Origin: an uncultured virus (IMG/VR IMGVR_UViG_2061766007_000155) | Taxonomy: Duplodnaviria; Heunggongvirae; Uroviricota; Caudoviricetes | Direction: 5' to 3' (one strand) | DNA: 64,000 nucleotides | Virus record (IMG/VR): IMGVR_UViG_2061766007_000155 | Notes under the pieces: generated by a model | What the model saw: only the letters and a program-made list of their open reading frames with translations | The model's database searches: none | Told to the model about the DNA's origin: nothing | Shown here: piece by piece, positions 56,832 through 64,000 of the stretch | Layout of the letters: each line of letters begins with the position of its first letter | Numbering within the stretch: the first letter of the stretch is position 1 | Position numbers and translations under genes: made by a program

Positions 56832-57708
56832 ATGAGCGAATTTAAGATAGAGGTGCTGAAGCACCCTACTGAAGAGGATTGGCAGTGGGTGAAGCTGCTG
56901 GCGTTGAATACGATGGGAAAGGGCTATATGATGGACAAGGAAATGTCCCTCGAGCTGAAACGTAAATACCTGAAATCCGACCATTCACCTATCCGTACGT
57001 TGACATTTATCATCAAGATGGAAATTCCGTACTGTGATTCCGTATGCTTTGTCCGGCACAAGACTGGTGTTGAACACTTCGTTCAGTCACAACGTAACGA
57101 CCGTCAGGACAAGTACGACCGGTATGCCGCTCCGCAGGGTGCACTTGTATCCCATATCATGTATGTCAATGCCCCGGAACTGATATTCATGGCCCGTCGT
57201 AGATTGTGCGGTAAGGCCTCCGTGAACTGCCAGAAAATTATGCGGGAGATAGTCAAGCAGGTCATTGCAACGAACCCGGAATTTGACGGGCTTCTTGTGC
57301 CGAACTGCCAGTATCTCCACGAATGTCCCGAGTTCCAATCATGTGGCCGNNNNNNNNNNCCATTTCCGCACCCATAAGTTTGGTGTGGAACATTTCGTGC
57401 AGTCGCAGAGGAATGACCGTCAGGACAACTATGACCGCCGGAAGGCGCCCCAGGATTCTCCGGTGTCGCATATCATGTACATCGACGCCCCGGAGCTGAT
57501 GTACATCGCCAGGAAGCGCCTCTGCGGCAAGGCCGATGTCGATACACAGAAGGTTATGCGTGCAATAGTGCGGGAAGTGCTAAAGACTAACCCGGAGTTC
57601 GCCGATGTCCTGGTCCCGAACTGCCAGTATCTCCACGAATGTCCCGAGTTCCAATCATGTGGCCGCTGGCCGGTCAAGGAAAAGGAGGAAAAATCCGATG
57701 ACAAGTAA
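56832..57708 (+). CDS. thyX: Flavin-dependent thymidylate synthase ThyX-like; two divergent alleles
   Basis: DHSPIR, VRHKTGVEHFVQSQR, N-PEL--MARRRLC, LVPNCQYLHECPE. Confidence 0.8.
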
Positions 57709-58030
57709 ATCGACAAAGTCCGGCATATGGCGGAAAGATTCGATGACAAGTAAAATGACAAAGTCAGGCAAATGGATGGTCGACATGGTGTTCCATGCAT
57801 GTATTGCGGCATTCTTCCTGGAAATTGCCATTGTGTTTCTGGCAAACTATGTGGTCAATATCATGGAACCTACTGTCCGTGCTAACATGGAAGCGTTTGA
57901 TATTGCCGGAAACATGCTGTTGACAATAGCGGCGTTAACGGCATCCGCCTACAATGCTTTCATGTCGTTGCACAGGTTCCTCCTGTGGCATAACTACTGG
58001 AAAGACCTCAGGAATGTATTGGATGACTAG
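57698..58030 (+). CDS. Small predicted two-transmembrane-segment protein
   Basis: Two hydrophobic stretches (VFHACIAAFFLEIAIVFLANYVV; MLLTIAALTASAYNAFMSL); AGGAGG upstream. Confidence 0.55.
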   Translation: MTSKSTKSGIWRKDSMTSKMTKSGKWMVDMVFHACIAAFFLEIAIVFLANYVVNIMEPTVRANMEAFDIAGNMLLTIAALTASAYNAFMSLHRFLLWHNYWKDLRNVLDD

Positions 58031-58501
58031 GATGCCGGCGCGTCCGTAGAAGCGTTTACGTTCTGCGGGCCGGTTCCACCCCACATACCGAGCGATGTGC
58101 GTCCCGGGTTCACAACCGGACCAGCTCCGCGTCCGAACCTGGAAGCATAGGAATTCTGCATTAGNNNNNNNNNNGACGTTCTGCGGGCCGGTCCCGCCCC
58201 ACATGCCGAGCGATGTGCGTCCCGGGTTCACGACCGGGCCAGCTCCGCGTCCGAACCTGGAAGCATAGGAATTCTGCATTAGAGCCGCCACTGTTTCATC
58301 TTCTGGCGGTTCTTTGTCGTTTGCCAGGTTCTCGTTTGGAACGATACCCTGCTGACAGGTACCCGGCTGTGCTGCAATCTGCTTAACGTTGATGTCGGTG
58401 GCGGAATTTTCGAAAAGTCCACGGTAAATACCTGTAACCTGTTCGTAAAGTTCCCGGTCTGAGCCGGTAATTCGCCTGATAAATTTCGCCATCGTTTTCA
58501 T
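58027..58501 (-). CDS. Small late protein (about 120 aa) with an '...GLFENS' leader; two overlapping alleles
   Basis: MKTMAKFIRRITGSDRELYEQVTGIYRGLFENS...NASTDAPAS*; ATAAACT at 58509-58515. Confidence 0.7.
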
Positions 58502-58543
58502 AATAGGCAGTTTATTGCTATATTTAAGTAAAAGGAATGACTT

Positions 58544-59801
58544 ATGGCTGACGAATTAGACTTGATTACAGGCATGCCGGTTCAGGCTAGTGCCGAAGTT
58601 GATATATCCGATGACCGTACCCTGGCTTGGGTAGAGAAGCACCGTGGCAGGAACCTGGATGAGATTATTCTTCCAAAGAAACTCGATACCATAGTCCGCA
58701 ATGCCCTCAGGCTTGGCGGTTACAACAACTACATATTCCACTCCGGCGTACCGGGGACAGGCAAGACCAGTCTGGCCGAGGCTTTCCCGCTTATGCTCGG
58801 TGCCGAGCGTGTAGTCCTGTATGCACAGAGGGACTCCGAAATCCTTGACAGCATCGAGGAAGGCGGCATGTACCGTTCCGGTAACGGGCTTCCGAAGTAT
58901 TACGTTATTGATGAAGCCGACCACCCCAGCAACCCCGAGAGCTTCTACCGTAAGCTCCAGTCACTTATCGAGGCNNNNNNNNNNCCTTGACAGCATCGAG
59001 GAAGGCGGCATGTACCGCTCCGGTAACGGGCTCCCGAAGTATTACGTGATTGATGAAGCTGACCATCCCAGCAACCCCGAGAGCTTCTACCGTAAGCTCC
59101 AGTCACTTATCGAGGCAACCTCGTCCAACCTCCGCTTTATCCTTACCTGTAACGAGATTTGGCGAATCCCCGATGCCATCAGGTCACGCTGTACCCCGAT
59201 TGCGTTCGACCATCCAGGCGATGACAGCGAGTACAAGAAGCGCATCTTCAAGCGACTCAAGCATATCGCACTCGAGGAGACCAAGTTCACCGGCGGTACA
59301 GTCTCCAAGGATACCCTGGTGGAGACAATCCAGGCATGCTACCCGGACATCCGTTCGATGATTAACGCGATGCACCTTACGTTCCTCGAGAACAACGGAA
59401 GCATCGTCGGCCACCCGAACGTCATCCGCGAGGAGACCATCAAGAACATCTACCAGCTGACCATCATGATGGACCCGAGGAAGCTCCGGTATTTCATCTC
59501 GGCCAACATAAACGACTTCCGCAGCGTATACATCCCGTTCGGCCTGTACTTCATGAACCGCATCCCGCTTCCGACCAACGGGCAGATTGACTTCATGTAC
59601 ATCCAGTTTGCCTCCATGCTCGGCAAGGCCGTCCGCGCCACTCAGTCCCAGGTGAACCAGGAGGTGACGCTAATGGAATTCCTTTCGGATGTCATGATGA
59701 TGATTGCCCAGTGCCAGATGATTGGCAAGATGCCGTTGGACCCGGTGCAGCAGCCGGTCCAGGCGGAACAACCGGTACAGCAGGTGCAGAATGGCGTTTG
59801 A
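58544..59801 (+). CDS. Clamp-loader large subunit, T4 gp44/RFC-like AAA+
   Basis: WVEKHR, GVPGTGKTS, VIDEAD, RFILTCN, AIRSRC, YPDIRSMIN. Confidence 0.93.
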
Positions 59802-60264
59802 CCCGTTCAGGTTTCTGGAGGAGCGAAGACAGGGGCTCCCGGTGACGGAACTCGACAAGGACGAGTTCCAGCTGTACAACGTCGTCCAGGCCATATCTAT
59901 GGACCAGAAAATGCGCAAGGTCGCCCACGAGTTCAACGAACTCTCGTTCTCCCATCTTCCGAAGGACATACAGGCCATGGCCATGCAGGGACTCAACCGT
60001 GTCCGCATGGATACCCGGTGGTGCAGGGCCAAGGGTAGCGCCATCAAGGAGAAGAAGGAACAGATTGAGCATATCATGAAGGTTACCGGTCTCAGCAACA
60101 ACGACGTGGTCCGCAGCATGCGCTACGGAGTGTTCGACCTGGAAAAGATAGAGGAGCAGTACATAAGGGTGTTCGAGCCCGAAAAGCTGCTGGAGCTTTA
60201 TGGCAAGAAGAAAACAACCAACAGAAAAGTCCACGCAGCCAAAGTCAACGGAAAGGGGAAGTAG
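59791..60264 (+). CDS. Clamp-loader small subunit, T4 gp62-like
   Basis: Overlaps the gp44-like stop; DPFRFL...AISM...HEFN...RW-RAK...IEHIMKVTGLS pattern. Confidence 0.65.
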   Translation: MAFDPFRFLEERRQGLPVTELDKDEFQLYNVVQAISMDQKMRKVAHEFNELSFSHLPKDIQAMAMQGLNRVRMDTRWCRAKGSAIKEKKEQIEHIMKVTGLSNNDVVRSMRYGVFDLEKIEEQYIRVFEPEKLLELYGKKKTTNRKVHAAKVNGKGK

Positions 60265-60265
60265 C

Positions 60266-60481
60266 GTGGACGAGAACGTCAGGTTCATGATGGAGAAGTT
60301 CGGCCTGGACGAGGAGAAGGCCCGCCTGGCAATAGAGAAGGGCTTCCGAGTGGAAGCCCTCCGCGACGGCTCTGCAATGCGTCAGTTTGTCGAGGATTCC
60401 GGTATCGCCGCCGGGGTGAACCGGGTGAAGCGGGAGATATCGAAGGCCACTAAATCATCCCGAGAAGGGTCTCCAGGATAG
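60266..60481 (+). CDS. Small hypothetical protein
   Basis: GTG just after the gp62-like stop with a purine-rich RBS; the 3' end overlaps the convergent gene. Confidence 0.45.
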   Translation: MDENVRFMMEKFGLDEEKARLAIEKGFRVEALRDGSAMRQFVEDSGIAAGVNRVKREISKATKSSREGSPG

Positions 60482-61352
60482 GCGACTCCTTGTCGTCCTT
60501 TTCAGTCGGCTTGCCGTTGGCGGCAGCCTGCGCGACCGGTGCGGCCGCGCTTATTTCTTTTTCTGAGCCCGGCGCAGGCTTTTCCGGTGCGGCCCCGGCG
60601 TTGACCGCGTCCTGCTGCTTCTGCGCAGTGGAGAGGTCCGGGGTGTCCGGGAGGTTCGACTGGGGTTCCTGCTGGACCGCCCCGGGGTTGACCTGGCCGT
60701 CCGGGCCGACCCCGTTCTGCTGGTCGACGGCCATGAGCTGTTCGTCGGTGACGGGCATCTGCGGGGTGTTGTCCACCGGGGGTTCCACGGCCGGTTCCGA
60801 GCCGAACGCGTACAGCATCTGCTGCAGCCTCTCGTCGGGTGCGGCGTCGCCGTCCCCGTTGGCGAAGTCTACCAGGTAGTCCATCGGTGTCTTCTGGAGG
60901 GCGTCCTTGCATACCCAGGCGTTCCCCTCGACCTTGGAGTTCACGTTGTTGGGTATGGTCATCTCTATATAGCTCATGTTCTTGTCCAGGAGCTTCTGGA
61001 TGAGGTCGTAGTTCACCATCTGGGTGAACCGGCCAGTCGCGGCGAACACCAGCGAGTGCAGAACGGACTCGCCCTTCGAGTTGGTGCAGGTGAGGATTAG
61101 CGGGTCGATTTCCAGCAGGGTGTCGACCATGTTGTCCGCCCACATGTGGAGGGTGGTCGTCCATTCACCGTCGCCGAGGCTTACCCGGCGGGTGAACTGC
61201 ATCGGGAACTGCCGGAGTGCCTGGCGGTTCTTCTCAGAGATTACCTCAACCTTCTTGTTGAGGAGGTCCTGGATACCCTCGATGAGGGCCAGTTCGTCCG
61301 GATAGGCGTCCTTCAGGCCGTTTATTCTCCTGTTGAGTTCCCTTTTGTCCAT
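60450..61352 (-). CDS. Late protein with degenerate ankyrin-like repeats and a P/Q/A-rich tail
   Basis: TTTLHMWA, NSKGESVLHSLV...LIQKLLD, DALQKTPMDYL; ATAAACT at 61386-61392. Confidence 0.55.
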   Translation of the reverse strand: MDKRELNRRINGLKDAYPDELALIEGIQDLLNKKVEVISEKNRQALRQFPMQFTRRVSLGDGEWTTTLHMWADNMVDTLLEIDPLILTCTNSKGESVLHSLVFAATGRFTQMVNYDLIQKLLDKNMSYIEMTIPNNVNSKVEGNAWVCKDALQKTPMDYLVDFANGDGDAAPDERLQQMLYAFGSEPAVEPPVDNTPQMPVTDEQLMAVDQQNGVGPDGQVNPGAVQQEPQSNLPDTPDLSTAQKQQDAVNAGAAPEKPAPGSEKEISAAAPVAQAAANGKPTEKDDKESPILETLLGMI

Positions 61353-61385
61353 ATATTCTACCCCCGATTTGGGCCGTTTTTACCA

Positions 61386-61440
61386 AGTTTATTGCCTTTT
61401 GCCCCGAAAAGTGGAAAAAAATGTGACCACGGCATAAACT
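61386..61440. promoter_or_regulatory. Divergent putative late promoters
   Basis: AGTTTAT at 61386-61392 and ATAAACT at 61434-61440, upstream of the sheath gene. Confidence 0.7.
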
Positions 61441-61476
61441 TCCGCCAGAATATTTAACCAAACCGTGAGGTAGATT

Positions 61477-63855
61477 ATGGCAACACGTATGGGAGCGCCC
61501 GGGGTACGCATTGAACTCCACGACCGTTCCGGATATAGCCTGGTCGAGAACCCGAATGCGACTGCCGGTGTCGTTGGTTTCGCCCCGAGGGGCGAGCTGA
61601 ACAAGATTCAGCTCCTTACCAACACCGCCCAGCAGGACACGTATTTTGGCCTCGGATTCAACAACAGTCGTTACAACCAGGGCATGTACGCGGCCCGCGC
61701 AGTCTTGAACGCGGGTGGCTACGTCGAGTTTGTGCGTCCATACGGCGAGGAAATCGACCGTACCGACGACTTCAAGCGTGACCTGAAGACGGATACCTTC
61801 GTGGTGTCCTTCGACCGTAACGCGGTCAACAACCCGGAAAACACGGCAAAGACCTCCATGAAGGTGGACTTCTTCGCCTCCACGAGGTACAAGACCGACG
61901 GTGCGGCAAGGTACGGCGTTACGCGTAAGATTAACAACGTCGCCGAGACCATCGTCAACAACAGCAACGTGAACTTCAACGTCGACGCTGCCGACGATGT
62001 GTTCAACGACAAGAAGAACTACGTCAGCAAGGGCGGTTCCGCACGTGGCGAGACCGACATGGTCATGTTCGCGTTGATGAACGCCGACCCGAGCGGTGCA
62101 AACCGTGCCTACACCAGCTTCGAAGTGGATACTGATTGGGACGGCATGGATGAATCTCATCGTGCGAATGGCGAGCTTACTGTCTTGCTTAAGGGTAAGG
62201 TCGGGTTTGCGGTAGATGATATCGTATATGGNNNNNNNNNNCAAGCGACTCATCTTTCTTCGGATTCCAGCTAAGGTACTTGAATGCTGCGGAATCATCC
62301 GATGCTACAAATACGCCATCAACAGCGACTGCAGGGGTAGTATTCTGAACATTGACCGGCACCATGACCGTGTAGTTGCCAATCATGTAGATGTCAGCGA
62401 ACCCTTCAGTTACGGTAACCGTCAGGCCAGTAACATCAGACGTAGATGCTGTCGGAGGAACNNNNNNNNNNCCTGGATACGGACATGGAGGACGACGCTA
62501 ATCGTGCTTCCGGCGAACTTACCGTCGTTACCAAGGGCAAGGTCGGCTTCGCCATCGACGATATCGTCTACGGCCCGGCTTCCGGCCATGTTACCACAAT
62601 CAGCACGTTCCGCGTAACCAACATCGTGGACAAGATTGTTACGCTCAAGGCCGAGGACGAGCAGACCAAGACCAACCTGAATCTCAACTATAGTCCTAAA
62701 ACGCTCCTCTATCACGATGACGCCAACGCCATCGCCGACGGGTATGACTACCTGTCCGTCAAGACGGCAGTTGCCGGCCAGGGTGCCAAGACGTTCGGCT
62801 CCCTCCATCTCGACGAGGAAGGGCTCGCAAAGCTCAAGGCAATCCCGTCCGGAAGCTCCATCGTATTCCACGACCAGGACTCCAACGACGTGTATGTCCG
62901 CGTGGCCACCAAGGCGACGATGAGTGGTACCATCTCCGCCGGCAGCGGCCAGGTCGCTACGGCAACGGTTGCTGCACCCGATTCCATCTGGGTCGGCGAT
63001 ACGATTATCGTCGGGTGGGATGACAAGTCCGCCAAGTTCAAGGTTACCGGNNNNNNNNNNCGATTCGTTTCGTGTACCCTCAAGGTCAAACCCAGCAATT
63101 AACCGAATAGTATAAATACCGTCTTCAATCTTGACAACGGTACCATCGAGTGTCGTACCGGTCGCGGCGAAGGTTGCCGTTGCAGGTTGGTTCACCTTCA
63201 AATGCTTCGCGGTCGTAGTCGCCTTGACATCAATGTTTTTAACCGTGTACACCGGCATCACATCATCTTCAGCAGGAGTCTTAACAGCAGTCCTGAATGT
63301 CGTGCCGGTAATCTCTGCTGTAGCACCAGCTATCGTTGCCGCAACAGTGCCAGACGGCTGTTCGGTATCAGACGTTGGACGTTCACCTTCAGCATACGTG
63401 ACAGTGAATTTTCCATCATCGCCAACCGTAGCTGTCTTAGTGAAGCCCCCATTGTAAGTCACCGTAATTTCATCACCAGCCGNNNNNNNNNNCCAGGACG
63501 GAGAAACATTCCAGCTTACCTATGCCGGTGAAGATACCCTTGACCAGAGCATTTTTGCCGCCACCGAATTGACTATTGACAATACCGTTGCATCCACATG
63601 GGTCGACAGTGTCGGCACGAAGGTGCTTACTGTCGGTAAAGAATCTACGGTCGCTGACGTGACCAACGACCTCGTCGCAATCATGCGCGGTGAGGAACTC
63701 GGTTACGGGCATGCAAACATTCTCGGTGACATCGCCAAGAATGAAGACGGCACGCTCAGCATCAGCGAAGACAAGACCAGCGTCAAGCTCGCCCCGGGTG
63801 GCGCGCTCGAGTTCGTCACCGACGACATCGTTGCGATTACCCGCGCAAGCGTGGA
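61477..63855 (+). CDS. Contractile tail sheath protein (gp18-like), N-terminal part, with fragmented variable insertion domains
   Basis: APGVRIELHDRS...AGVVGFAPRGELNKIQLLTN...YFG...VEFVR; GAGG RBS. Confidence 0.88.
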
Positions 63856-64000
63856 NNNNNNNNNNCGGTCGCAGTCATTGTTGCAGGAGAAGTGCATGTA
63901 TCGGTAGACGCATACACGACCTTGTTAGTCTGGGTCAAGTTGAGAAGCTGGAAGTTGAGTTCCGTGGCATCCACTGGAATTGTGTCAGAGACAATAGCAT

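Noticed and set aside
1..64000. Many direct and inverted near-identical repeats (e.g. 24038-26358 vs 26369-28010; 47841 vs 48202; 1-430 vs 10504-11040)
   Set aside because: They are always bounded by N joins and differ mostly at synonymous sites, so they are co-assembled strain alleles rather than true duplications, invertons or DGR template/variable pairs
1..64000. Stop-codon reassignment or programmed frameshifts
   Set aside because: Core genes end normally in TAA, TAG and TGA and are uninterrupted; frame changes coincide only with arbitrary 10-N joins
1..64000. CRISPR array, tRNA, rRNA, integrase or transposase
   Set aside because: No repeat-spacer periodicity, cloverleaf or recombinase motifs were found by eye in the short intergenic regions

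Overview
This window is part of a GC-rich, large T4-like (myovirus) phage genome, read in the standard genetic code. It is a scaffold of at least two closely related strains: many 10-N joins put near-identical allelic fragments side by side, sometimes inverted or out of order, so most apparent duplications and frameshifts are assembly artefacts. The right half holds a T4-type replication/recombination module: UvsX/RecA, gp41-like helicase, RuvC-like resolvase, gp32-like SSB, primase, gp45-like clamp, family B polymerase, ThyX and gp44/gp62-like clamp loader. The window also has a gp25-domain baseplate protein, the tail sheath, DnaJ, DUF4422, and several very large unassigned proteins. Two promoter classes are visible: TGCTATATTT before replication genes and (T)ATAAACT before structural or putative head-internal genes. 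A Fibrobacter-major-paralogue-like domain and the promoter form suggest an FCB-group host (inference). The most notable observations are: (1) a strain-variable, AT-richer R-S-ExE ADP-ribosyltransferase cassette placed between two copies of a recurring '...LFE/IFE' leader, suggesting a leader-plus-cargo head-packaging system; (2) five DnaA-box-like 9-mers at exact 11-bp period inside a probable baseplate ORF; (3) a divergent bacterial beta-clamp-like gene alongside the gp45 clamp, plus an SSB with a bacterial DDDLPF tail; (4) a protein with about five Xis-like HTH units fused to a degenerate glycosyltransferase-like domain. All family assignments come from motif reading by eye, not from database searches.
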